Origin: Nitrososphaeria archaeon
Lineage (GTDB): Archaea; Thermoproteota; Nitrososphaeria; JACIWG01
Assembly (NCBI GenBank): GCA_049969935.1
Contig: JBMFNX010000001.1
Span: 77,270 to 141,269, forward strand
DNA length: 64,000 nucleotides
Direction of reading: 5' to 3'
In this document: positions 42,225 through 51,219 of the stretch, in pieces
Position numbering within the stretch: position 1 is the stretch's first letter
How the letters are laid out: every line of letters begins with the position of its first letter
Program-made: the position numbers and the translations under genes
Notes under the pieces: generated by a model
Seen by the model: only the letters and a program-made list of their open reading frames with translations
Database searches by the model: none
Told to the model about the DNA's origin: nothing

Positions 42225-43208
42225 TTGAAACCGAAGGGTAGATGGCTCATCTTGACTAAAATATTTTTCGCCGTTGATGTGCACGGAAGCACTCCTGTGT
42301 GGAGAAAATGGATAAATGTAGTAAATATGTATAAAGTAGATATACTTATTCTTGCTGGAGACTTAACAGGTAAAGCTGTAGTACCCATCTTTAGAAAAGA
42401 TAACGAATATGAAGCAACAATCTTTAATAAGAAATATACGGCGAAGAATGAAGAGGAGTTAAAGAAGATTCAAGATATAATCGAAAATATGGCATATTAC
42501 TATGCCATTATGACAAAGGAAGAAGCAAATGAAATATCAAAAGACCCTAAAAAAATGGACTTGTTATTTAAAAATGCTATGATAGGTCGTCTAAGGAAAT
42601 GGTTGGACTTACTACTGGAAAAGGTTGACACCAAAAATGTGATAACAATTGTAATGCCAGGTAATGACGACGAACAGTACATTGATGAAACTATAAAAAG
42701 TTATGAAGATCGAAGCATCCTCTATCCATTAGATAAAACAATAACATTGCCTCACAACTATGAACTTGTATCTCATGAATTTGTTAATCCCACACCTTGG
42801 CGCACACCACGTGAAGCAGAAGAGGATAAATTGTATAAAATTGTTGAAGAAAAAATAAAAAGGTCCAATGTAAAAGATTATTCAAAGGCCATCTTTAATT
42901 TCCACTGCCCACCATTTAATACAAATCTTGATCTCGCTCCAAAATTGGACAAGAATATGAAAATTGTGTATGTAGGTGGCAAACCTTCAATGATTCATGT
43001 AGGTAGTACTTCAATAAGAAAGTTAATTGAAAAATATCAACCTGCACTCGGATTACATGGTCATATTCACGAAAGCTATGCAAGTGATAAAATAGGAAAT
43101 TCTATCGTACTTAATCCTGGTAGCGAATATACTGAAGGTATCTTAAGAGGATTTTTTATAGAATATGATTCTGAAGGGATAAAAAATTATTGGAAAATTG
43201 AGGGGTAA
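42225..43208 (+). CDS. calcineurin-like metallophosphoesterase
   Basis: The motifs are AVDVHGS, LAGDLTG, GNDDE and GLHGHIHES. The gene is translationally coupled to the next gene (43208/43209). Confidence 0.55.
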   Translation: MKPKGRWLILTKIFFAVDVHGSTPVWRKWINVVNMYKVDILILAGDLTGKAVVPIFRKDNEYEATIFNKKYTAKNEEELKKIQDIIENMAYYYAIMTKEEANEISKDPKKMDLLFKNAMIGRLRKWLDLLLEKVDTKNVITIVMPGNDDEQYIDETIKSYEDRSILYPLDKTITLPHNYELVSHEFVNPTPWRTPREAEEDKLYKIVEEKIKRSNVKDYSKAIFNFHCPPFNTNLDLAPKLDKNMKIVYVGGKPSMIHVGSTSIRKLIEKYQPALGLHGHIHESYASDKIGNSIVLNPGSEYTEGILRGFFIEYDSEGIKNYWKIEG

Positions 43209-44030
43209 GTGGTGGCTAGTGCACATTTTGTCGGGTTAAGCGAAGAAGAGTTTATAAATGAAGCATTAAAAATTGTTTCAAAAGCAAAGGAAAAAGATAT
43301 TATTCTGAGAATATTAGGTTCATTAGCTGTTCACTTGTATGTCTCCAATGATCCAAGAGCTCTCGCACTACATAGAAAAAGATTTGGGGATTCAACGCAT
43401 GTGTTCACAGATTTAGATCTAGTCGGATATGGAAAGCAAAGAGGTTCGATTGAAAAATTTTTTAACGGGCTCCAGTATCAACCAGATAGAATTGTCAACT
43501 GTATATTTGGTGACCGTAGACTAATATTCTATCATCCAAAAGGATACTTTACTGTCGACGTCTTCTTGAATAAATTAGAGTTTAGTCATGATGTGTACTT
43601 TGGAGATAAACCAGGTAAAGGTCGGTTAGAACTTACATATCCTGCAATAACTCCTACTGACGTGGTTCTAGAAAAGTTGCAAATTCATAAAATAAACAGA
43701 AAAGACTTAATTGACCTTGCTGCCCTTTTCCTAGTAAAAGACATAAATTCTGAGCCCCTATCAATTGATGGTTCATATATAGCCAAAATTCTCGCCCAAG
43801 ATTGGGGATTCTGGTATGATGCAACAAATAATTTAAACGCATTAAAATATGTTGTAAAAGAACTTTATGATTCAAAGGAGCTTCAAGAAGATATATACTC
43901 AAAAATTATTAACAGAATTAATTTACTTCTAACAATTATAGATAAAGAGCCCAAATCGAAAGATTGGATAAAAAGAAGCCAACTTGGAACAAAAAAACCT
44001 TGGTATAGGGAAGTCGAAGACTTATTCTAA
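43209..44030 (+). CDS. hypothetical protein, possibly a nucleotidyltransferase fold
   Basis: The product contains ILGSLAV...VFTDLDLVG, but the GS-to-DxD spacing is atypically long, so the fold call is weak. Confidence 0.3.
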   Translation: MVASAHFVGLSEEEFINEALKIVSKAKEKDIILRILGSLAVHLYVSNDPRALALHRKRFGDSTHVFTDLDLVGYGKQRGSIEKFFNGLQYQPDRIVNCIFGDRRLIFYHPKGYFTVDVFLNKLEFSHDVYFGDKPGKGRLELTYPAITPTDVVLEKLQIHKINRKDLIDLAALFLVKDINSEPLSIDGSYIAKILAQDWGFWYDATNNLNALKYVVKELYDSKELQEDIYSKIINRINLLLTIIDKEPKSKDWIKRSQLGTKKPWYREVEDLF

Positions 44031-44078
44031 TTTTCTTGACTATTTCCAACAATTCTAATTATAATTAATAGAATTAAA

Positions 44079-44157
44079 TGGTGGGGTCGATGGGATTTGA
44101 ACCCATGCTTTCACGGGCCCGAACCGTGCAGCCTAGACCAGACTAGCTGACGACCCC
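44079..44157 (-). tRNA. tRNA-Pro(CGG) with a genomically encoded CCA
   Basis: The reverse complement reads GGGGTCGTCAGCTAGTCTGGTCTAGGCTGCACGGTTCGGGCCCGTGAAAGCATGGGTTCAAATCCCATCGACCCCACCA. The anticodon loop is UUCGGGC. Confidence 0.75.
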
Positions 44158-44230
44158 TTTCTCCCCCTTTCATCATCAAAAGATAACCATATATACCCCT
44201 TATTAAATCTAAGGTTGATGCCGAGAGCGT

Positions 44231-44333
44231 GCCGAGATACATTTTGCTCGAAAGCTCAGCCTGGTTAGAGCGCTGGACTCATAATCCAGAGGCCGCGGGT
44301 TCGAAACCTCAGGCGAAAAGCCCGCTCTCGGCA
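44231..44333 (+). tRNA. tRNA-Met(CAU), elongator type with G1:C72, apparently interrupted by two 14-nt insertions at non-canonical positions (after nt 9 and in the T-arm) and flanked by a 13-bp leader/trailer inverted repeat
   Basis: The exons assemble as GCCGAGA-UA-GCUC-AGCCUGGUUA-GAGC-G-CUGGA-CUCAUAA-UCCAG-AGGCC-GCGGG-UUCGAAA-CCCGC-UCUCGGC-A, closely matching archaeal elongator tRNA-Met. The extra segments are CATTTTGCTCGAAA (44240-44253) and CCTCAGGCGAAAAG (44307-44320). GATGCCGAGAGCG at 44217-44229 pairs perfectly with CGCTCTCGGCATC at 44323-44335. Confidence 0.5.
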
Positions 44334-44410
44334 TCTCCATACTTAGAAAAATTTTCTATACCTTAAATTAATTCTAGTATCTTAGTATCGTGAAAAAAGT
44401 TATTGATAAA

Positions 44411-44498
44411 CTGGTGCGGGGGGTGGGATTTGAACCCACGAACCCCTACGGGACAGGGTTCTGAGCCCTGCGCCTTTGACCTGGCTTGGCAACCCCCG
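44411..44498 (-). tRNA. tRNA-Leu(CAG), class II, with encoded CCA
   Basis: The reverse complement reads GCGGGGGTTGCCAAGCCAGGTCAAAGGCGCAGGGCTCAGAACCCTGTCCCGTAGGGGTTCGTGGGTTCAAATCCCACCCCCCGCACCA. It is a paralogue of the tRNA-Leu(CAA) at 15128. Confidence 0.8.
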
Positions 44499-44639
44499 CA
44501 CACTAACATAGTATAAAAGTTCAATTTTATAAAAATTAAATCAAATGCTATCAATACCTACATTATAATAATCTTGTATTCTACCAGCTTTCCTTATTTA
44601 AAGAACAATTTAAATATAAAAAGCCTTTCTATGTTCTGG

Positions 44640-44810
44640 CGATGTTGTCACGATAATTTTTTGCTGATGATTTTGTATACTGAAGGCGAAGCGAAAACAT
44701 TCTACAGTAACCTCTCCTATAATCAAACACCAAAATCCATAACAAGATACATAAGCTCATTTACAGCAATATAAAACTAGATTCCAAACAAGCTATCGTG
44801 ACAGTATCGT
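44640..44810. repeat. possible MITE-like small element bounded by 10-bp inverted repeats TGTCACGATA / TATCGTGACA; its 22-bp left end is duplicated at 61936
   Basis: The inverted repeat is at 44646-44655 and 44794-44803. GATGTTGTCACGATAATTTTTT at 44641-44662 is identical to 61936-61957. Confidence 0.35.
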
Positions 44811-44890
44811 TCTGGCTTTGTGTATGAGTAATATGGAAGTGAATATTGAAAATAAAATTAATGAAATAAGAATGTTGATAGAAAAAATAA

Positions 44891-45447
44891 ATGAACCAAG
44901 CATTCAGAGAAGAAACATTATATGTGATCGAAAAATGCTTATTTCAACCACCATATGTATTTTCTCCTGCGGCTAAGAAGGCACATCATTCTTATCCGGG
45001 TGGTCTAATCGATCATTTAATTTCTACTACTAATATCGCATTATCTATTGCAACTCAATTAGAGAAAATTTATGGCTATAATATTGATTTTGATACTATA
45101 ATATCAGCTGGTCTTCTACATGACATTATGAAACCAATAACCTACAACTTAAAAAGAATCTGATAAAAATTCTCCTATAGGCCACTACCTTGATCACTTA
45201 ACATAAAGTGCAATAAAATTATTCCAAGAAGGTTTTCCACTAAAATTATTCATGCTGTCGCAGCTCATCATGGTGAAGCCAGTCCAACCCGCCCTGAAAC
45301 AATTGAGGCGATGATAATTCATCTTGCTGACTATATTGACTCAAAACTAAACGGAGATATTTTACGAAAAGCAAGGAATATCTGCCAAGAAGAACTAAAT
45401 GAACCTCTCGAATTTAATAACATAGGTCAAGTTTTAGATGTTTTTTA
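44891..45447 (+). pseudogene. HD-domain phosphohydrolase gene interrupted by in-frame stop codons
   Basis: The N-terminal part (H..PGGLIDH...LLHDIMKP) ends at TGA-TAA (45161-45166), with a further in-frame TGA at 45191. The same frame then continues as ...IIHAVAAHHGEASPTRPETIEAMIIHLADYID, the C-terminal HD motifs, to a TAA at 45445-45447. No start codon precedes the second part. Confidence 0.5.
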
Positions 45448-45539
45448 AAAAAATACTTGATAAAGCACAAGCTGAACTTACAATATCTTTATCCTCAAAG
45501 ACTTAAATTTTTTAAACTCCTCTTGACAATTGTCCTATA

Positions 45540-45638
45540 GCCGGGGTGCCTGAGTGGTCAAAAGGGCCGGCCTCGAGATCTTACAAGAAAGCCGGTAACG
45601 GTCCGTCCGTTGCAAGGGTTCAAATCCCTTCCCCGGCG
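45540..45638 (+). tRNA. tRNA-Ser(CGA), class II, with a 12-nt canonical-position intron
   Basis: The gene shows acceptor GCCGGGG/CCCCGGC, anticodon stem CCGGC/GCCGG, loop CUCGAG-[ATCTTACAAGAA]-A, a long variable arm, T-arm AAGGGTTCAAATCCCTT and discriminator G. Confidence 0.7.
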
Positions 45639-45840
45639 CTAATCTATTGTATTCTAAAAAATATCGAATACTAAATTATTAAAAAACCTTATTTATTTAA
45701 TGCAATAAATTTTATTTCTCCAATTGGTTTAAGTTAACAAGCCTTGCATATAAGCAACTCTTTATTGTAATTTTTTCTGGGATATCACTTTTTATATCCC
45801 AAAATTTTGATTTTTAATAAATTTTTCCTAAAATCGGTAC

Positions 45841-46113
45841 TTAATCCCTTATATTTTCTAGACAGCTTATTGCATCATATATTTTTACTCTAGCAAATAT
45901 AGGTAGATTTGGGTCTTCACTTATTTCAGTTAATATCGCTACAGCATTCGCAGCTCTGACACCGAGTTTTCCTGTCCCCTTTTGCAAGTCTGTCATAATT
46001 TCTTTTATTGTTTTTCTAATGTTTCTTGGAACTGTTACTGTTTCAGAAATATTTTGTAATACAGCCAATGCTTTATTAACTCTTTCTTGGTTCTCCTTAT
46101 TAATTGTTGACAA
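45841..46113 (-). CDS. UPF0147-family small protein
   Basis: The 90-aa product carries ...VPRNIRKTIKEIMTDLQ...GVRAANAVAILTEISEDPNLPIFARVKIYDAISCLE, matching the conserved archaeal UPF0147 pattern (VPRNIRR...DPNMP). Confidence 0.5.
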   Translation of the reverse strand: MSTINKENQERVNKALAVLQNISETVTVPRNIRKTIKEIMTDLQKGTGKLGVRAANAVAILTEISEDPNLPIFARVKIYDAISCLENIRD

Positions 46114-46190
46114 TTTCTATACACCTCCATTTAAAAATTATGCCCCTATTATATCCCCCAAATTATTTAATTTAAATCTTCTATTTTTTG

Positions 46191-48320
46191 TTACTTAAGT
46201 TTATTATAATCCAAAGTTACTATTTCCCTTATTCTTTTTGCAATAGACTCACCAATACCCTTTACTTCCATTAATTCCTTTTTATCAGCAGTAAAGATTC
46301 TTTGCAGTGTACCAAACTTTTCTAATAATCTCTCTGCTAAAACTGTACTTATCCCTGGTATTCCAGCTAATATATATTTTTGAATTTCTTTCATGTTAAC
46401 AGGCTTGACTCCTTCACGAATCTTTATGCTTTTCTTTTTTTCAAGTTGCTCCCTTTTTGCAATACTATAAAGCAAGAAGGCAGTTTCTGAGGGGTTCTCA
46501 GTTATTATTACAGGAATATTATAGTCTGAAATCAGACTAGCTAGTGCTCCATAAAATGAATTTAGAGTGATTCTTTCCACAACCCCTTCTTTCTCTATTA
46601 TCATAATTGGTTTTGAATAGTGCTGTTTAAGATTCAGTGCTTGTGAAAAAAGTCTTCCATCTATCACTGATTCAACAAAATCCTTTATTGTCTTCCTCTC
46701 AACACAGATTTCTTCTGATAATAAAAAGTCCCCTATTTCTAATGATTGTTCTTCTATTTCTATATCGTATTTTGAAAGTTCTGACTTTATTTCTTGTTTC
46801 TCTCTATAGTCTACAATTACTTTTAATTTCTTTAATTCATTACCAATTGGATTAATAAAGTGTTCTAAAGGTAATATTTTCACCTCTTTTTTTATTTCTT
46901 TAATTACTTTTTCAGCTTTTCTCTTACCTGCCCAAAAGAGTGCTTCTTCTTTTGTTCCTTCCATAATTAAAGCAATAACCTCACCTTTCTTTTTCCTTCC
47001 TGTTCTTCCCTTTCTTTGAACAAATCTTATTGCATCAGAAACATTATCATAAAAAATTACAGTATTGCATTCGGTTATATCTAATCCCTCTTCACCCACT
47101 CTTGTCGCAAATAGTACCTTGCATTCACCCTCTCTCATTTTCTCTAGAACTTCTAACTGTTCTTTTTGAGATTGGCTTAGCCTTCCTTTCTTTCCAATTA
47201 AATAAGCTCCTTGGATATTCCAATTTTTTGCTTTTTCAAAAAGCATTTTCGTAGCATATTTATAATTAGTAAAAACTATTACCTTATCTTTTTCTCTCGC
47301 TCTCATTAAAATCTTCTTCAATTCAATTACTTTTGGATGTTCCTCGCCAATAATTTGCATACCCTTTGCTATCTCATAAGCTGTTCTAAAATCGGTGTCA
47401 CTTTTAAGTTGCATAATACTCTTTCCTTTTCTCAAAAGGATTTTCTCACAATAATCAACAAATGGTTCAATACCATATGTTTCAACAAGGTTAAGGCAAT
47501 GATGCAATCTGATCAATGAATTAATTATAATTTTGTTTTCCATATTCATTTCTTTCTTACGTAGTTCTAAAAGTTCCTTAACAGATCTTATTTTAGAAAA
47601 GTTTATACTTTTATTTTCCAATTGTTTACTAATATTTTCAATAGATTTAAGTAAGCTTTGTCTTATTACATTTAAGGCGGGTGTCTGCTTTATTTTTATT
47701 ATTGTAATCTTTGAGCCAAAAATGTATTTTCTAACTTCTGGCTCCTCCTCTGTTATAGTTTCTACAGTGTTTAAGTTTAGTGAATCCAAAATACTTTGAA
47801 CTTTTTCTTTTTCAGCTGGAGGCGATGCAGTAAATCCAATTATTCTAATTTCTTTTTTCCTATCATTGATCTTCTTTCCTAATATTGAATATGGATGATT
47901 GCCAACTGCATGATGTGCTTCATCAAAAATTATGGCATAGAAATCTTCTATACTAAATATATTTTTTTCTAAATCACTTAAGGTTACCTCAGCTGTAGCG
48001 ATAACAATCCTCTTTTTCCATGCCTCTATTCGTTCTTCTAATTTTTTTTCTCCAGTAACCTCCGAAATTTCTTTATATTCTAAATCCAGTATTTCCCTTA
48101 GTGTAATGGTGTGCTGTCCAACTAAAACACGAGTCGGTGCAATTATTAAAAATCTTCTTATATTATTTTCAATTAAAGATTTTGCAATAAATAATGCTGC
48201 AATAATAGTTTTACCTAATCCTGTCGGTGCTATAATTAAACAATTCCTCCTAAGACATACGTCTGAAAGTTTATCCTGATATTCTCTAAATTCAACTTTA
48301 TTCTTTTTTATAAATTGCAT
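46191..48320 (-). CDS. hef: Hef (helicase-associated endonuclease for forked DNA), an XPF/FANCM-family helicase-nuclease
   Basis: The SF2 helicase region has IIAPTGLGKT and DEAHHAV. The XPF nuclease motif is VERKTIKDFVES. A C-terminal HhH2 region reads GIPGISTVLAERLLEKFG...VKGIGESIAKRI. Confidence 0.85.
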   Translation of the reverse strand: MQFIKKNKVEFREYQDKLSDVCLRRNCLIIAPTGLGKTIIAALFIAKSLIENNIRRFLIIAPTRVLVGQHTITLREILDLEYKEISEVTGEKKLEERIEAWKKRIVIATAEVTLSDLEKNIFSIEDFYAIIFDEAHHAVGNHPYSILGKKINDRKKEIRIIGFTASPPAEKEKVQSILDSLNLNTVETITEEEPEVRKYIFGSKITIIKIKQTPALNVIRQSLLKSIENISKQLENKSINFSKIRSVKELLELRKKEMNMENKIIINSLIRLHHCLNLVETYGIEPFVDYCEKILLRKGKSIMQLKSDTDFRTAYEIAKGMQIIGEEHPKVIELKKILMRAREKDKVIVFTNYKYATKMLFEKAKNWNIQGAYLIGKKGRLSQSQKEQLEVLEKMREGECKVLFATRVGEEGLDITECNTVIFYDNVSDAIRFVQRKGRTGRKKKGEVIALIMEGTKEEALFWAGKRKAEKVIKEIKKEVKILPLEHFINPIGNELKKLKVIVDYREKQEIKSELSKYDIEIEEQSLEIGDFLLSEEICVERKTIKDFVESVIDGRLFSQALNLKQHYSKPIMIIEKEGVVERITLNSFYGALASLISDYNIPVIITENPSETAFLLYSIAKREQLEKKKSIKIREGVKPVNMKEIQKYILAGIPGISTVLAERLLEKFGTLQRIFTADKKELMEVKGIGESIAKRIREIVTLDYNKLK

Positions 48321-48415
48321 AACGCGCCTTTTCTTTATCCAAATATCAGTTTAATTAAAGTTTCTGAAAGCTAATTAAATAGGTATTAATAATAAAGTAG
48401 GGTGAGCTCTCTTAA

Positions 48416-49456
48416 ATGCAAATTCTAGGTGAAGAAGATCTAGTAAAATATCCCTTCTTAGAAGAAACTAAAGAGTATATTGCAAAACTAGGTCTAACAT
48501 TAAATGATTTTGTATCTAATGAGTTTGAAAAAGTGATTAGACGTTGTGAACTGAGATTAATGTCTTCAAGGTACCCACCAGAACTTTATACTTTAGATAA
48601 AGATACCGACCTTCTCTCTTTTATACTGGCTTTGATCATAATTAAAGCCAGTCAACGAGAAGATGTTTTTTCTAGATTTGCTTTTAATGAAGCAAATCGA
48701 GCAGAATATTTTTTAAAAACAGAAGAAAATAAAAGAGTTTTAACTTATATTTTAAAAAGATTGTTGAATATAAATATACTTGAAGTTGATGATTCTATTG
48801 GAGGTTCACATTATGAATACGCAATCCATGTAAAAGATTACATTAAACTTTCTTCATCATTAAAAAGTATACATTGGAAGATTGTTAACAAGATTGTTTA
48901 TAATGGTCTTGTATATTTGAAAAGAAGAGAAATTATTAGACTTGCACGCGATAAAATATTTCAAGAAATATATAAAAGAATTAAAGATGCTCCAACTCCT
49001 GTTGTCCCTCAAAATCTTCAATATCTTGTTGATATAGTAAAAAATCGTCCACTTCCTAAAAGGTTAGCAAAAAATTTTGTACCAACTGAAGACCCACCTT
49101 GTGTAACACAAATATTGGATAAAATTAAAGCAGGTAAAAATCTGTCTCATTACGAGCGTTTTTTTATAACAACGTTCTTATTAAAAAGAGGGAAAACTGT
49201 TGATGAAATTATTAGCTTATTTTCTTTTTCTCCTGATTTTAACGAAAAAATTGCAAGATATCAAGTAGAACATATCGCTGGATTACGTGGTGGTAGAAAG
49301 CAATATAATGTACCTGATTGCAAAACTCTTTTCTCTCAAAGCTTGTGCTATAAAAATGAATCCTGCGATAACATATCGCATCCATTAAATTATAAGTTAA
49401 AAAAGGTGGAAAAATTAGATGGAAAGAAGAGAAAACTTCCTAAAAAAGATATTTAG
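48416..49456 (+). CDS. priL: DNA primase large subunit PriL
   Basis: The product is 346 aa with a helical N-terminal domain and a C-terminal Cys cluster (PPCVTQI...C...C...C) consistent with the PriL Fe-S domain. The gene overlaps priS. Confidence 0.6.
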   Translation: MQILGEEDLVKYPFLEETKEYIAKLGLTLNDFVSNEFEKVIRRCELRLMSSRYPPELYTLDKDTDLLSFILALIIIKASQREDVFSRFAFNEANRAEYFLKTEENKRVLTYILKRLLNINILEVDDSIGGSHYEYAIHVKDYIKLSSSLKSIHWKIVNKIVYNGLVYLKRREIIRLARDKIFQEIYKRIKDAPTPVVPQNLQYLVDIVKNRPLPKRLAKNFVPTEDPPCVTQILDKIKAGKNLSHYERFFITTFLLKRGKTVDEIISLFSFSPDFNEKIARYQVEHIAGLRGGRKQYNVPDCKTLFSQSLCYKNESCDNISHPLNYKLKKVEKLDGKKRKLPKKDI

Positions 49457-50594
49457 GAAGTATTACTATGAAAATGTGTACAAAATCCAAGCCCCACAAA
49501 GATTGTCTGAACGAGAAATTGGTTATTTAACGTTCTATCCAGAGAAAATGATTAGACATATTAATTTAAGAAGTGAGGGTGAACTAAGAGCTCTTTTAAT
49601 TCATGAAGCGCCAAAATCTGTTTACTATTCTTCAGCTTATTATGATGATCCCTCAGCTCCAATTAATGCTCGAATATGGAAAGGCGCTGATCTTATATTC
49701 GATATTGACCTAGATCATCTGATAGTTAAGGAGGATTATATGATCTCCTTCACTTTGTGTAATAATTGCAAACTCTATTTCCCCGAAAGCAAGAACAAAA
49801 GGTGTCCTGCTTGCGGATCAGAAAAGATTACAGTAATAAATATTCCTACAAAAAAAGGGTTAGAACATGGTAAGGAAGAAATAGTAAGATTAATGGATAT
49901 TCTTACAGAAGATTTTGGGCTTTCTAAAAAGGAAATAAAAATATACTTTTCAGGAAAAAGAGGTTACCATTTGACAGTTGAAAATTCATTATATGAAGAT
50001 ACAGATCAAACTTTCCGTATGGAACTATCTGATTATTTAACTCTTAATGGATTTAAAATATCAAATATTTTAAATCAAGATTATACTTTAAATGAGCTTT
50101 CTCAACTTTTCCCACTTCCTTATGAAAAAGGGTGGTTAGGCCGGATCTCTAAATCTTTTTTTAAAGACATTTTAAATGCCCCCCTCCAAAGCCTAAACGA
50201 AAATTATCTTAGGGATATGTTACAAAAATATTTTTCAACCGTAACACTTAAAGAACTACAATCTATTCTAGAAAAAATAATTGATAAGATAAAGATAAGA
50301 ATAGATACGAACGTTACTACGGATATACATCGGATATTTAGAATGCCTGGAACTTTGCATGGAGAAACAGGTTTCATTAAAAAAGAAATTACAACAATTG
50401 AAAGTTTCTCTCCACTAGTTGATGCAATTACATTCACCCAAGAACCAATTAAAGTACATGTACATTATGCACCAAAATTTGAGTTGAACGAACAAGTTTT
50501 TGGTCCTTATAAAAACCAAGAAATAATCCTTCCTGAGATGACCGCTGTTTTTCTCATATGCATGGGACTAGCTGAGCCATTAGATTATCCTTAA
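49419..50594 (+). CDS. priS: DNA primase small (catalytic) subunit PriS
   Basis: The catalytic triad context is ADLIFDIDLDH. The zinc knuckle is CNNCKLYFPESKNKRCPACG. The conserved RMPGTLHGETG block is also present. Confidence 0.8.
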   Translation: MERRENFLKKIFRKYYYENVYKIQAPQRLSEREIGYLTFYPEKMIRHINLRSEGELRALLIHEAPKSVYYSSAYYDDPSAPINARIWKGADLIFDIDLDHLIVKEDYMISFTLCNNCKLYFPESKNKRCPACGSEKITVINIPTKKGLEHGKEEIVRLMDILTEDFGLSKKEIKIYFSGKRGYHLTVENSLYEDTDQTFRMELSDYLTLNGFKISNILNQDYTLNELSQLFPLPYEKGWLGRISKSFFKDILNAPLQSLNENYLRDMLQKYFSTVTLKELQSILEKIIDKIKIRIDTNVTTDIHRIFRMPGTLHGETGFIKKEITTIESFSPLVDAITFTQEPIKVHVHYAPKFELNEQVFGPYKNQEIILPEMTAVFLICMGLAEPLDYP

Positions 50595-50634
50595 TTGAAA
50601 TAAAAATTATTTAACTATAAATTATGTCCTAATA

Positions 50635-51219
50635 ATGGTGCGCATGTCAATATCAGTTGAAATCAACCATCTTTATGAAGTGCTTTTAAATGAAATATTG
50701 AACAGCGACTTTACAAAATTAGATGAAAATTTTTTTAACGATATTGCATTATATTTCAAACAAAACAAAAATAACAATTCTTCTTCATCTACAATAAATT
50801 CGCTTCTAAACAAAGAAGAGAAAGCAATTATATTATCACTTATAAAAAAACTTATAGAAATAAGGTCAAGGAAGTTATTTTTGATTTCGTCTGAAAAATT
50901 AACTCTTTCTAATTTGACTTTAGAAGAACGTTTCTTATTTAATCAAATTATAAAATTCAAGCAAAAAACAGAAACTTTTCTCAAAAACATAGAAATGGGT
51001 AATATAAATAAGCTTGATGAGATGCGAAAAAAGGTTATTAAAAGGACTGTCCTCGTTAAAGTTGAATCCGATATTCCTCCATTTATTGGAGTTGATTTAA
51101 AAAAATATGGACCATTAGAGCCAGAAGATGTAGCAGTTTTACCAAGTGGAAACATCGAACCATTTTTAAATAAGTTATCTATTAGCGGAGGGTGGGAAGA
51201 GGGTCTTGAAAATTCCTAA
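50635..51219 (+). CDS. gins51: GINS subunit Gins51 (Sld5/Psf1-like), tentative
   Basis: An alpha-helical A domain is followed by a C-terminal B domain, ...VKVESDIPPFIGVDLKKYGPLEPEDVAVLPSGNIEPFL. The assignment also uses gene neighbourhood, since the gene sits next to primase and PCNA. Confidence 0.45.
   Translation: MVRMSISVEINHLYEVLLNEILNSDFTKLDENFFNDIALYFKQNKNNNSSSSTINSLLNKEEKAIILSLIKKLIEIRSRKLFLISSEKLTLSNLTLEERFLFNQIIKFKQKTETFLKNIEMGNINKLDEMRKKVIKRTVLVKVESDIPPFIGVDLKKYGPLEPEDVAVLPSGNIEPFLNKLSISGGWEEGLENS

Noticed and set aside
44220-44226. The first copy of GCCGAGA as the true 5' acceptor strand of tRNA-Met
   Set aside because: Using it would put GC at positions 8-9 and require a 27-nt insertion. 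The second copy at 44231-44237 gives the canonical U8-A9 and a D-arm match to archaeal elongator tRNA-Met. The first copy was interpreted as part of the leader-trailer stem.
45790-45812. The palindrome GGGATATCACTTTTTATATCCC as a transcription terminator
   Set aside because: Archaeal termination relies mainly on oligo-T tracts rather than hairpins. The element is not followed by a clean T-run on the strand of the upstream gene, so it is too speculative to list as a feature.
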